Origin: Chlamydiota bacterium
GTDB taxonomy: Bacteria > Chlamydiota > Chlamydiia > Chlamydiales > RGXB01
DNA: 64,000 nt
Reading direction: 5' to 3'
Assembly: GCA_947494155.1 (NCBI GenBank)
Contig: CANLTW010000001.1
Location: 151,971-215,970, forward strand
Part shown: one piece after another, positions 36,346 through 45,928 of the stretch
Layout of the letters: every line of letters starts with the position of its first letter
How positions within the stretch are numbered: position 1 is the first letter of the stretch
Made by a program: the position numbers and the translations under genes
The notes under the pieces: generated by a model
What the model was told of the DNA's origin: nothing
The model's database searches: none
Seen by the model: the letters and a program-made list of their open reading frames with translations, nothing else

Positions 36346-37589
36346 GATTTTTTGGGTGTATTCTTCTATTTTTTTTGGTTGGTTGTGCGCAAAAAAAACT
36401 GGCAAATGAACAAGCATTAGTCTCTATCCAGCTGATGGATAGAAATGGGGTGCAAGAGACGATATCGCAACCGGAGAGGTTGAAAAAGTTTGAAAGTGTC
36501 AATTTTTTAGAACCGCAACCTTACGAAAAGGTCACCTGTCACTATAAGCACAATGGGTTTTCCTCTTCTAAAGTGCTCTCTTACCATAAAAATGGGCAGA
36601 TTATGCAATTTTTAGAGGTGGTCTCTTCCCGTGCAAAAGGGGCTTACAGAGAATTTTTTGAAAATGGAAGTTTAAAGCTAGAGGCAGAGGTCATTGAGGG
36701 GGTGGGAGACCTCTCTTACGTTGCTCAAGAGAGCTGGGTTTTTGACGGGGTATCCAAAGTCTACTACGAAAACGGAAATCTTAAGGCAACAGTATCGTAC
36801 GCAAAGGGTGTTTTGGAGGGGAAAAGCACCTATTATCGTGACGAAGGGTCTATTTGGAAAACCACTCCATTTATTTCCGGTTTGATGGAAGGGGAAGAGC
36901 TCTACTTCTCCTCAGCGGGGGAATTAGTTGGATCTGTAACTTTTGTCCAGGGGCAAAAAGAGGGAAAATCTTGGTTTGGGCCCCAACTTGATGGATTGAC
37001 AACCCATGAGGAATTTTCTAAAGGGAAGCTTTTGGAAGCAGAGTATCGAGCTATCGATGGGGAGCTTGTCTCTAGAGTGGCAGACGGGGAGGGGATAAGG
37101 ACAATTTTTGAAAAAGGGAGGCTGTTTTCCAGGGAAGAAATTTCGGGTGGCATTCCGCAGGGAAAAGTGAGTTTTTTCCACCCTAAAGGGGGGTTAGAGC
37201 ATACCATAATGCAAAAAAATGGGGTGAAAGAGGGCGAGGAGTGCTTTTTTCATCCAAACAGCAAACTGAAATTGAGAATCATTTGGGAAAACGATCAGAT
37301 TCACGGAGTTGTCCAGTCTTGGTACGAAGAGGGGATGGTTGAGAGCGAAAGGATGTATGCCGGAAATAAAAAAGAGGGGACAGCCTTTGCCTGGTATAAA
37401 GACGGCTCACGGATGTTAATTGAAGAGTATGAAAATGACATTCTTTTGTCGGGACGCTACTATAAAAAAGGGGATCAAGAGCCCGTTTCCAGGGTAAAAG
37501 AGGGTGAGGGGATAGCTACTTTGTATGACGCTAGAGGAAACTTTTTAAAAAAGATTTCCTACAAAAAAGGGCTCCCTTCCCATGAATAA
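36342..37589 (+). CDS. MORN-variant repeat lipoprotein (CT648/YwqK-like)
   Basis: Lipobox LVGC; IQLMDRNGVQETIS; repeated YYENG/G-x-x-EG units. Confidence 0.8.
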   Translation: MRFFGCILLFFLVGCAQKKLANEQALVSIQLMDRNGVQETISQPERLKKFESVNFLEPQPYEKVTCHYKHNGFSSSKVLSYHKNGQIMQFLEVVSSRAKGAYREFFENGSLKLEAEVIEGVGDLSYVAQESWVFDGVSKVYYENGNLKATVSYAKGVLEGKSTYYRDEGSIWKTTPFISGLMEGEELYFSSAGELVGSVTFVQGQKEGKSWFGPQLDGLTTHEEFSKGKLLEAEYRAIDGELVSRVADGEGIRTIFEKGRLFSREEISGGIPQGKVSFFHPKGGLEHTIMQKNGVKEGEECFFHPNSKLKLRIIWENDQIHGVVQSWYEEGMVESERMYAGNKKEGTAFAWYKDGSRMLIEEYENDILLSGRYYKKGDQEPVSRVKEGEGIATLYDARGNFLKKISYKKGLPSHE

Positions 37590-38088
37590 AGGGGAATTCA
37601 GAAAAAAAATTTTGGAGCTATTTCCTCATGATCCAAGGCTTACTGAAGATTTCGTAGAGAGAGTTTCCCCTTTTTTAATGGGGAATGTGCTGAGTTATCT
37701 TCCCCTTGAAAAGGAGTGTAATATTGCACAGCTGAATAAGATTTTATTGAGTCAAGGGCGCCTTTTTCTACCAGAAATTGATGGGGATCAGTTGCAGGTA
37801 GTAAAGGTGCTTGATCTAGAGCCTTTGAAAGAGAGTGCATGGAATACAGCCATATGTCACTCATCCATTCCAAAAACGGTAAATGAGATACAAACAGTCC
37901 TTGTCCCCTGTTTAGGGGTGGATCTCTCATTTCGTCGTCTAGGGAGAGGAAAAGGATATTATGACCGGTTTTTAAAACAGCTGAATCCTAAAGTAAGGCG
38001 CATATCGATTGTCTACAAAGAGCAGGTTTGTTTAAGTTTGCCTGAAGATGCTTGGGATGAAAAAGTCGATACGATTTTTGTCTTTTAA
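37582..38088 (+). CDS. ygfA: 5-formyltetrahydrofolate cyclo-ligase
   Basis: VLVPCLGVD...RLGRGKGYYDRFL...WDEKVD. Confidence 0.9.
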   Translation: MNKGEFRKKILELFPHDPRLTEDFVERVSPFLMGNVLSYLPLEKECNIAQLNKILLSQGRLFLPEIDGDQLQVVKVLDLEPLKESAWNTAICHSSIPKTVNEIQTVLVPCLGVDLSFRRLGRGKGYYDRFLKQLNPKVRRISIVYKEQVCLSLPEDAWDEKVDTIFVF

Positions 38089-38094
38089 ACAAAA

Positions 38095-38478
38095 TTAGTA
38101 CTCAATAAACGGCCTGGTATTTTGGTTAGGTTCTTCATTTTTGGGGTTTTGGATTTTACATCCTTTAGGACCTTGAGGGGATCCCATAGCATTAACAAAG
38201 GCGCCGCTCGGGACGTCAGGCCATGCTCCAAAAAGATCTCCGGTATCACAAAAAAAAGAGACCCGAAAAGGGGTTGTAGTCCAGCTGGGATTTTTTTCGA
38301 AGCCAGTGTACCCCAGCTCCCACACAAGCGTTACCTGTGGTCCTAGGTCTAAAGTCTCCAATCTTGTTCCATCCCAGGCATAAATGGTACAGTGTAGATC
38401 AAAAGCAGAATCATTAAAGAGTCTTAAAGTTTGGCTAAAAAGAGAAAAGCCAAAGAATAATGGGGCCCATTTCAACAT
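38095..38478 (-). CDS. Small secreted hypothetical protein
   Basis: Signal-like MLKWAPLFFGFSLFS; beta-rich mature part with three Cys. Alternative TTG start at 38514 overlaps the oppA stop. Confidence 0.65.
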   Translation of the reverse strand: MLKWAPLFFGFSLFSQTLRLFNDSAFDLHCTIYAWDGTRLETLDLGPQVTLVWELGYTGFEKNPSWTTTPFRVSFFCDTGDLFGAWPDVPSGAFVNAMGSPQGPKGCKIQNPKNEEPNQNTRPFIEY

Positions 38479-38510
38479 ATTTTGGATACTAAATCCGATT
38501 GTTTCGGTTG

Positions 38511-40019
38511 TCAATCTTCATCTGAAAAATAGGCCCCTTTTATATCAATAAGCCCAAGACTACTAATATGAATCCCTTTTAAATGGGGATTTTTTACATA
38601 TTGCATAGATATCTGATAGAGCGGGATGACAGGAGACGCCTCAAGGAGAATCTCCTCGGCAGCCTCAAGTAATTTGGTTCTTTCCTCCCCCTTTGAAAAG
38701 AGAGCTTTATCAATCAGCTCCTTGAATTGGGGATCCTCCCAAAAAGTATTGTTTGTCCCCGTATCCGAGGTTCTAAAATTTTGCAAAAAGTTCAGAGGAT
38801 CGGGTACATCTGCAATCCAGTTGCCTAGTGCAAGATCGTAGTCTTTTTTAGATACTCTCGAAAAGAAAACTTTAGGCTCCAACCGCTCGAGATGAATTTG
38901 AATTCCCACCGCTTCTAATTGGGACTGGATTGCCTGCGCGATACGATTTGATAAAGGGGAAAAGGCATAGGAGAGGGTGAATATACGGGTTTGCGGACAT
39001 CGATTAAGGAGATCTTTTGCCGCCTCTTTTCCCCCGTCTTGGTATTGAATCTTTGAAAAAGTGTTTGGACAGATTCTCAAAGCAGGGGTTTGTGAATTGA
39101 ATAAAATGTGTTCACACAGGTCTTTACGATGGATTGCAGTAGCAATCGCTTTTCTAAATAAAGGCTGGGATAACTCATCCCTGCTGGTATTTACACGTAT
39201 CCATTGGGTGGCTAAAATAGGGTGGGTGGTCAACTTTCCTAGGTGGCTAAGTGCATCTCTACTATCGGGGGGAATCGTTCCGAATGGGGACCCCTCTAAA
39301 TCCAGTTGCCCTTTTTCAAAAAGCTGTAACCCCGTCTCACAATCACACATGTTCAGCTCAACCTTATCGATAGAAACACCCCCTTTGTCCCAATAGTGCA
39401 AGTTTTTCGTTAGAGTAATTTGGTAGTTGTGAAACCAATTAAACAGACAAAAAGGGCCATTGTACACCCCCTCTGAGCTAGGCGTGGGGAAAAAAATCGG
39501 AAGAGCAAGCAACTCCAGAAAGAAGGGGATGGGGTGGACGAGTTGAAATTCTAAAATGGTATCGTCTAGCGCCTTTACCCCCAAGCTATCCATATCTTGG
39601 CGCCCTTTTTTGATCCGCTCAGCCCCTTTTATGTAGTAAAATAAAAAGGCATAGTCGCTAGGGAAATCTGCGTGGAGCAGACTCTTGTAGGCGCGAACAA
39701 AATCTTGAGCTAAGATGGGTTTACCGTTCGACCAAAAGGTTTTTTTTAACTTGAACCGGTAAAGAGTCTCCGTTTCATCTACGGTATAGTCTTCAGCGAG
39801 AGCTTTTATCAAACCCTCTTTTGTATTTCTAAAAAGCCCCTCATAGATCATATTTGCTATATTGATATCGTTAAGGGTGCGTAAACGCCGTGTATCTAAA
39901 GAGTGGGGCTCTGCTACAATATTTAAAGAGAGTTTAACCGGATCCTTTGGCCCGCTAGAGCACATGGCAAGGTAGAAAAATGCTATAAAGGAAAAAAGAG
40001 TGTGTCGATCTATACGCAT
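38511..40019 (-). CDS. oppA: Oligopeptide ABC transporter substrate-binding lipoprotein (OppA/MppA family)
   Basis: EPHSLD, IYEGL, WSNGKPILAQDF, NGPF, KNLHYWD, WIADVPDP; Cys lipobox-like LAMC. Confidence 0.88.
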   Translation of the reverse strand: MRIDRHTLFSFIAFFYLAMCSSGPKDPVKLSLNIVAEPHSLDTRRLRTLNDINIANMIYEGLFRNTKEGLIKALAEDYTVDETETLYRFKLKKTFWSNGKPILAQDFVRAYKSLLHADFPSDYAFLFYYIKGAERIKKGRQDMDSLGVKALDDTILEFQLVHPIPFFLELLALPIFFPTPSSEGVYNGPFCLFNWFHNYQITLTKNLHYWDKGGVSIDKVELNMCDCETGLQLFEKGQLDLEGSPFGTIPPDSRDALSHLGKLTTHPILATQWIRVNTSRDELSQPLFRKAIATAIHRKDLCEHILFNSQTPALRICPNTFSKIQYQDGGKEAAKDLLNRCPQTRIFTLSYAFSPLSNRIAQAIQSQLEAVGIQIHLERLEPKVFFSRVSKKDYDLALGNWIADVPDPLNFLQNFRTSDTGTNNTFWEDPQFKELIDKALFSKGEERTKLLEAAEEILLEASPVIPLYQISMQYVKNPHLKGIHISSLGLIDIKGAYFSDED

Positions 40020-40093
40020 ATAATGGTCAAATTTTTAAATACTATGTGTGTTCTTTTGACATTTTGCAAGGATTTTTTTAAAAAGGGTAAAGA

Positions 40094-40834
40094 ATGAAAG
40101 AAGTTACAAACAGCGATTTTACCCCTTTGTATGGGCAAAAAAACGTATTAAGTCTCTACCATGAATACCCGCAAAAAAATGCTAAAGGGCTCTTGGAGGG
40201 GATCGAAATGGTGCTCTATCCTGGATCGAAAATTGAGGTTGTAAAAGAGACCCCTGATAGATTTGTCCAAATCAAGACCCCACACTATAAGGTAGCACAT
40301 CCGGTTTATGTGGATCGAAGATATGTATCGGTAAGCGGCAAAAGAGATTTTTTTCTCCCCTCTTATGAGAAAGCACTTGATAATTTGAAAAGAATACCTG
40401 ACGGGGTTCGCTATATTTATGGAGCAAATTATCAGCCTGGGATTCCGCGGCTTTTAGAGGATTTCCCCCCTAGTGTCTCCTTGGATGAGGAGAAAAGAAA
40501 GGATTGGATACTGGAGGGATTAGATTGTTCAGGCCTTTTTTTTCAAATTTGCGAAGGGGCAACGTTGAGAAATTGCTCCATGCTGGATCAAGTAGGCGAA
40601 AAGATCGAAATAACAGATATAAAACAGTTAAGGCCCCTAGATTTGGTACTTACCTCCTCGCACGTGGCTATAGTCGAATCGAGCAACGTAATTGTCGAAT
40701 CGGCTTTACGATTTCAAGGGGTTAAAAGATCCCAACTAACTCAAGAATTTTTGCACTCAGAGGTCTTCAAAGGTTTTAGGATCATTCGCCCTTTTTTCAA
40801 AAATGTCGATGTATTTTGCGATTTTTTCCTTTGA
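40094..40834 (+). CDS. NlpC/P60-family cysteine peptidase with SH3-like N-terminus (YkfC-like)
   Basis: RYIYG...GLDCSG...SHVAIV...VES catalytic pattern; no signal peptide. Confidence 0.75.
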   Translation: MKEVTNSDFTPLYGQKNVLSLYHEYPQKNAKGLLEGIEMVLYPGSKIEVVKETPDRFVQIKTPHYKVAHPVYVDRRYVSVSGKRDFFLPSYEKALDNLKRIPDGVRYIYGANYQPGIPRLLEDFPPSVSLDEEKRKDWILEGLDCSGLFFQICEGATLRNCSMLDQVGEKIEITDIKQLRPLDLVLTSSHVAIVESSNVIVESALRFQGVKRSQLTQEFLHSEVFKGFRIIRPFFKNVDVFCDFFL

Positions 40835-41254
40835 ATGGGAGATAAGGGGCTTATCTGCTCTCATTCTTTTATTTTTTTTCAGTCTAAAAAGGGCCAAAAA
40901 ATCCTCTACTGTAAGAGTCGGTATCGACAGCTCTTTGACTGAGGCTAATAGATGTTTATCACTGGAGACTACAGTGAGCTCTTTTTTTCGGGCTCCGTGG
41001 CATATTTCTAGGATAAATTTATCGGCATTCAGGGGAGGAGGGGAAAAAAGGAGGTGGAATGGGGGGTCTCGGTAGTTATTAATGGAAAAAAAGTTTTTGG
41101 GATCCGCATCAAAAACTACATCGATATGATGCGTTGTCCCTTCAAAAAGATCCCATAAAAAAGGGATCACCTGTTCGCGCTGTTTTTCCAGGCTCTGATC
41201 TCTAAAATCTAAAGTGCGGAAAAGGAGGTTGTAGCCGTCAATCACGAAACGCAT
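40757..41254 (-). CDS. NYN/YacP-family (PIN-fold) RNase
   Basis: VIDGYNLLF, VVFDA, ADKFI, VVSSD. Confidence 0.85.
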   Translation of the reverse strand: MRFVIDGYNLLFRTLDFRDQSLEKQREQVIPFLWDLFEGTTHHIDVVFDADPKNFFSINNYRDPPFHLLFSPPPLNADKFILEICHGARKKELTVVSSDKHLLASVKELSIPTLTVEDFLALFRLKKNKRMRADKPLISHSKEKIAKYIDIFEKRANDPKTFEDL

Positions 41255-41856
41255 GGAGCTATATCGAGGATATGGGTTAAGATGTGATCAAGTTTATCTA
41301 GCGCTTTCCGACGATGGGAGACGCGGTTTTTAGTATCTTGATCCAACTCTCCAAAGGTTTTATTGTAATCATACTTCAAAAATAGAGAGTCATACCCAAA
41401 ACCTTGCGATCCTCTCTCCTCTAAAAGAAGCTCCCCTTCACATTGACCTAAGACAACTTTGAGACACTTTCCCGGCTGACAAAGGGCGATCGAGCAAGCA
41501 AAATAGGCGTTTCTCTCTGAGTCCTGCAGCGTTTTTAAAAGGGATTTTAATTTATTGCGGTTTTCCGCATCTGTCGCATTAATTCCAGCAAAACGTCGAC
41601 TGAGGACGCCGGGTTGCCCTTCAAGGGCTGGAACAACAAGACCAGAGTCATCAGCCAAGGTGAGAATTTCGAGCCTATCTGCAGCGTATTGCGCTTTTTT
41701 AAGGGCATTTTTTTCAAAAGTGTCCTGATCTTCCGGTGGTTCTAAATAGTGGGGAAAATCTTTAAGCGTAAAGATGTCAAACGGATATTTTTTTAACAGC
41801 TCTTTAAACTCACGCACCTTTCCCCCATTTCGAGTTGCAATCAAAAGCTTCAACAT
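41242..41856 (-). CDS. rdgB: dITP/XTP pyrophosphatase
   Basis: ATRNGGKVRE, TFEKNALKKA, ADDSGL, GFGYDSLF, KNRVSHR. Confidence 0.95.
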   Translation of the reverse strand: MLKLLIATRNGGKVREFKELLKKYPFDIFTLKDFPHYLEPPEDQDTFEKNALKKAQYAADRLEILTLADDSGLVVPALEGQPGVLSRRFAGINATDAENRNKLKSLLKTLQDSERNAYFACSIALCQPGKCLKVVLGQCEGELLLEERGSQGFGYDSLFLKYDYNKTFGELDQDTKNRVSHRRKALDKLDHILTHILDIAPCVS

Positions 41857-41963
41857 TTTCGTCCTCTTATTAAGAACACTTTAAAAAAGCCCCAGGGGAT
41901 TTCTCCCCTTTTTAAGAGACTCTGTTCTATATTTACCACAAACTAAAAAGCGCCACGCTCAAA

Positions 41964-44120
41964 TTACCCCTTCTTTTGGTGGTAGCAGCTTTGGATATTT
42001 TGAATAGTAAAAGTTTTTCCGTTCATTTCAAAGGTGTCCCCATTCCGTCGACCCTCAAGATCCTTGGCAAATTTCGATTTATAGGAGAGTATGTGGTGGT
42101 CTGCATCCGCATCATGGGGGCCAAGAATTTTGAAGTGGATTTTTTCGTGGTTGGGTCCGACTGCATCGAATTGTGTTCCGACACCAACGCGAGAGGTATC
42201 GATATCCTCGTCGGTGAGGATGCGCAAGTGGTTAAGCTCTTTGGAAAGGCTTCTCAACTCATGTTGCAAACGATCCCGCTTTTCCAAAGCAAACTTGAAT
42301 TCGGAGTTTTCCCTTAAATCTCCATAGGAGCGGGCAACCTCAATCTCTTTTGCATTTTCCAAAGTATCCACCTGAACAATTTGCTCAATCCGCTTTTTGA
42401 TTTTGTGGTACCCCACTTCGGTTGTCCATACAACCGTCTCCTCATCCACTGTCTCTTGTGTTGCAAGGGAAGGGTGGACAACCTCTGCAAGAGAGCGAAG
42501 AGTTTTTAATTCGTGCGAGCTTAGCGATTGGCATTTTGTTGATAAAAGCAAAAGCTCCTTAAGTTCCGCTACAGAACAGTTCTGGAAAAGGTTACGAATG
42601 AGTTGAAACCTTTGTCCGGTGATAAATCCATGGATTTTTTTTGTGATGTCTCTTGCCATCGCAAAATTTTCCACTTTACTTAACAGGGTAAAAAGGGCTT
42701 CAAAAAGTTTTTGGTTTCCTACGTTATCTGAGAAGGGGAGGGTATCAGATTTTAGAATATTTTCAAAAAACCAGAGAAAGGCTTCCGCATGCTTATCGGG
42801 AGAGTGAACGAGTTTTTCGATCACCTCGGTGATTTGGGGGATAGCCTTTTTTTTCACTAGAGAATTGAGAAGAAAATCTCTTAGCTGCGAAAGATCAACT
42901 TTAAGAAGGAGCTCCTTAAAAAGCTCTACAGCGTCATCGCGATATTTTTCTAAAGAAAGCAGATATCTTTTCTTAAAGGAGATAATGTGAATGCGCTCTA
43001 AGATTTCGACGGCTTCCAGATTTTTTTTCACTAGAGCCTCGATACTTTTTGCCTCAGTATCTCCATAGAGGTCCTCTAAAATGAAAAATATAGAGAGCTC
43101 TTGCCCGTCGGTTAAATCCTGCTTTACAAGGGCATCTGTGAGGTGGGCACGGATTTTTTCTTTGAACTCCTGATTCTTTGTAGCCTGCGGGAAATCGCGT
43201 AAAAATGAGTACGTCATCTCGATCAAAGTATCGGCATCAGGGCGTTCTTCTAGCTGGTTGATCAGCCGCTCTTCAAAAGATACAGTCACGGTTGAAAGCA
43301 TAAAGGGCTCGTGAAGCGAGGAGGGGAGTGTGATTTGTGGATCTTTTTTGAGTTTATTTCTCGTTAATTGCCACCATTTTTGCCACTCCTCTTCAGGGAT
43401 AACAAGATCGGCCATCTCTTCTTTGATCTCCTGAGCATTTTTTGGCCCAAGGTCTTTTAAAAGTTTTTTGATCACCTCGACCGGCTCTTTTCTGGCCATC
43501 GCCTCCAATTTATCGGGAGTGCCGAATCGCATCGAGAGGAAATGGGTTTTGGGGAGGGGAATGAGGCAATTGAGCGCATTGACAAAAGAGAGGTCTTTTT
43601 TTTGCGCCACGAAATCAAACTCGCAGGTGACTTGCTCGCGAACGTAGGAGACATCAAGCACCTCTCCAACGCCCCAGCCTTTTGTGTGAAAGCAAAAATT
43701 TCCCGGTTTAAGGTGGGTGAGAAGCTCTAAATGAGAAAGGATTCCTTGAAAAGTGGGGCGATCTTTTCCTCCAAGAATTTTTAACAGTTTGGAGAAGTTC
43801 GGGTCTTTTTGATAATGGGTGGAAATGTCTTCTTCGACTATAGCTTTGAGGGTTTCGGAATTAGTTGTCTGTAAATCCACAAGATGTCTGAGGATCGAGC
43901 GTTTTTCCTCTCCTTCAGGGATTTTTTCCCACAAGGGGAAAATGTCCTCGGCGTACTTTCCGAAAGAGACAGCAAATGGGCTTTGGGATAGGGAATTAAG
44001 GATGGCTTTGAGTTCATTGGGATCGACTTCATCACAAAAACTATACTCTTGCCAGAGAGAAACAAGGGGGGCTAGCTGATTGTCAAAAATATGTTTTTGA
44101 AACTGCTTGAGATATTCCAT
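41964..44120 (-). CDS. greA: Chlamydial-type long transcription elongation factor GreA
   Basis: C-terminal GreA domain (ARSYGDLRENSEF, ILGPHDAD) fused to a long N-terminal region. Start placed at MEYLKQF because a promoter lies just upstream. Confidence 0.9.
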   Translation of the reverse strand: MEYLKQFQKHIFDNQLAPLVSLWQEYSFCDEVDPNELKAILNSLSQSPFAVSFGKYAEDIFPLWEKIPEGEEKRSILRHLVDLQTTNSETLKAIVEEDISTHYQKDPNFSKLLKILGGKDRPTFQGILSHLELLTHLKPGNFCFHTKGWGVGEVLDVSYVREQVTCEFDFVAQKKDLSFVNALNCLIPLPKTHFLSMRFGTPDKLEAMARKEPVEVIKKLLKDLGPKNAQEIKEEMADLVIPEEEWQKWWQLTRNKLKKDPQITLPSSLHEPFMLSTVTVSFEERLINQLEERPDADTLIEMTYSFLRDFPQATKNQEFKEKIRAHLTDALVKQDLTDGQELSIFFILEDLYGDTEAKSIEALVKKNLEAVEILERIHIISFKKRYLLSLEKYRDDAVELFKELLLKVDLSQLRDFLLNSLVKKKAIPQITEVIEKLVHSPDKHAEAFLWFFENILKSDTLPFSDNVGNQKLFEALFTLLSKVENFAMARDITKKIHGFITGQRFQLIRNLFQNCSVAELKELLLLSTKCQSLSSHELKTLRSLAEVVHPSLATQETVDEETVVWTTEVGYHKIKKRIEQIVQVDTLENAKEIEVARSYGDLRENSEFKFALEKRDRLQHELRSLSKELNHLRILTDEDIDTSRVGVGTQFDAVGPNHEKIHFKILGPHDADADHHILSYKSKFAKDLEGRRNGDTFEMNGKTFTIQNIQSCYHQKKG

Positions 44121-44152
44121 TTTAGAAACCTTCAATACTGAGTGTAGCGAGC

Positions 44153-44182
44153 AGTATAAACTGAAGAAATTAATAAATGCAA
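44153..44182 (-). promoter_or_regulatory. sigma66 promoter of greA
   Basis: Minus strand TTGCAT-18 nt-TATACT. Confidence 0.6.
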
Positions 44183-44341
44183 ACGTTGTCGCTGTCGGGT
44201 TGCTCAAGAATCCCAAGGTGGGTTAGACTGCACAGGATAGCCCCCTATTTTTTCGCGCATTCTTTTTTTTCATCAGGCGCGTTTAAGGAAAATAAGGGGG
44301 GAGTATTTTAAGAAAATTTTTCCTTTAAAGATTAGGTGTGT

Positions 44342-45928
44342 ATGCAAGATCCTAAAAAATTTTTAACCCCTTTTGTTTCCAATACCGAGGAAAATATTTT
44401 TGTTTTGCAAAATTTACCTGAGGTAATTAAGGGGGCTCTTTTTTCCCGCTATTCCCGATCCAAGCTAGGTCTTAGAGAATTGCTCCAAAAAGAATTTTTA
44501 CAAAATCAAGAGGCAGGTTTTGAAGGGGGTGGGGGCGATTTTTCTTCACTCAACATTAAAAAGGCTGTCGATTTTTACGACCGCATTCTAGATGGCTACG
44601 GAGATGATTCTGTGGCAGAGCTGGGGGGTGCTCATTTAGCTTTTGAGAGCGTCTCCATGCTGGCTACTAAAATTTTAGAAGATGCCAGAATTGGGGGATC
44701 TCCCTTGGAAAAATCGACAAGATACATTCCGTTTGATGATAAACTGGATGGAAAATACCGCTACTACAGAGATAAAACCGTTCTGGAGTCTTTACTGGGG
44801 CAGGAGTACGAAAAGCAGATGGATGCTCTATTTGCCACCTACTCCTCTCTCATACCCCCAATGACCGAAAGGATCGAAAAGTACTACCCTTTGCAAGAGG
44901 GAACCTCTGAGGCGGCATGGCGCACTTCAGTACGCGCTCTAGTTTTTGATTGCCTCAGGGGGCTTCTGCCTGCGGCAACACTCACCAATTTGGGTTTTTA
45001 TGGAAACGGCAGATTTTTTGAGTCTCTTTTGATGAAGATGCGTTTACACCCTTTCGAAGAGGTGCAGTCGATCGCAGAGAAGGGATTTGTAGAATTGAGC
45101 AAAGTGATCCCCTCTTTTGTAAAAAGGGCAGAAAAGGAGCATCGGCACTTCAAAGCTTTTGAAGGGTATATGGGAGATCTTAAAGAGTTTATAGAAAAGC
45201 TTGAAAAACCCCAATTTTCACCAAGATCCGAGGGGTTTAAAGTGCAGCTTGTGCATGCTCCTGCACAAGAAGAGATCGACCAGCTTCTGGCTGCGCTCCT
45301 TTATGAGGAGACAGATCAGGGGTATCTTGAAATACTCTCTTTTATCCGAAAAATGCCGAAAGAAAAGAAGAAGGGGATTCTTTCCTCCTTAGGAGCTTTG
45401 CGAAAAAATCGTCGGCATAAGTCTCCAAGGGCTTTAGAGCACCTAGATTTTACTTTTGAAGTGGTAGCCGATTTTGGTTGTTATAGAGATTTACATCGAC
45501 ACCGTATTTTGACGCAGCAAAGGCAAAAATTGGATTGCTCTCTCGGCTATTTTGTCCCCGAGGAGATTCTAGGGACCGAAATGGAGCCTGTTTATAGAAA
45601 TGCCCTGGATCAAGCGAAGCTTTTTTTTGATCAACTCCAAAAGGTGTGTCCTCTTCAAGCGCAGTATGCTGTTCCGATGGCTTATAATATTCGCTGGTAC
45701 ATGAAAATCAATTTACGAGCATTGCAGTGGATGGCCGAATTGCGCTCCACCCCCCAGGGGCACCCGGAATACAGGAAAGTAGCGCAAGAAATGACAAGAC
45801 TTGTGATAGAAAATTTTGAAGAGCTCAGCGGGCTTTTGAGTTTTGTCGATTTTAGCGAGCATGCGATCGGAAGGCTTGCACAAGAGGAGAGAAACCTCAA
45901 GAAAAAGGGTGCTCATCATGGAAGCTAA
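44342..45928 (+). CDS. thyX: FAD-dependent thymidylate synthase, tandem-domain chlamydial type
   Basis: GALFSRYSRS, GYGDDSVAELGG, SPLEKSTRY, YRDLHRHR, ELRSTPQGHPEYR; GTG 44336 is an alternative start. Confidence 0.93.
   Translation: MQDPKKFLTPFVSNTEENIFVLQNLPEVIKGALFSRYSRSKLGLRELLQKEFLQNQEAGFEGGGGDFSSLNIKKAVDFYDRILDGYGDDSVAELGGAHLAFESVSMLATKILEDARIGGSPLEKSTRYIPFDDKLDGKYRYYRDKTVLESLLGQEYEKQMDALFATYSSLIPPMTERIEKYYPLQEGTSEAAWRTSVRALVFDCLRGLLPAATLTNLGFYGNGRFFESLLMKMRLHPFEEVQSIAEKGFVELSKVIPSFVKRAEKEHRHFKAFEGYMGDLKEFIEKLEKPQFSPRSEGFKVQLVHAPAQEEIDQLLAALLYEETDQGYLEILSFIRKMPKEKKKGILSSLGALRKNRRHKSPRALEHLDFTFEVVADFGCYRDLHRHRILTQQRQKLDCSLGYFVPEEILGTEMEPVYRNALDQAKLFFDQLQKVCPLQAQYAVPMAYNIRWYMKINLRALQWMAELRSTPQGHPEYRKVAQEMTRLVIENFEELSGLLSFVDFSEHAIGRLAQEERNLKKKGAHHGS

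Noticed and set aside
44121..44216. N-terminal extension of greA in the ORF track
   Set aside because: It contains a good sigma66 promoter, so the start is placed at 44120.
44190..44246. tRNA-Ala-like start GGGGCTAT on the minus strand
   Set aside because: No D-arm, T-loop or matching acceptor stem; not a tRNA. The SRP core motif is also missing.
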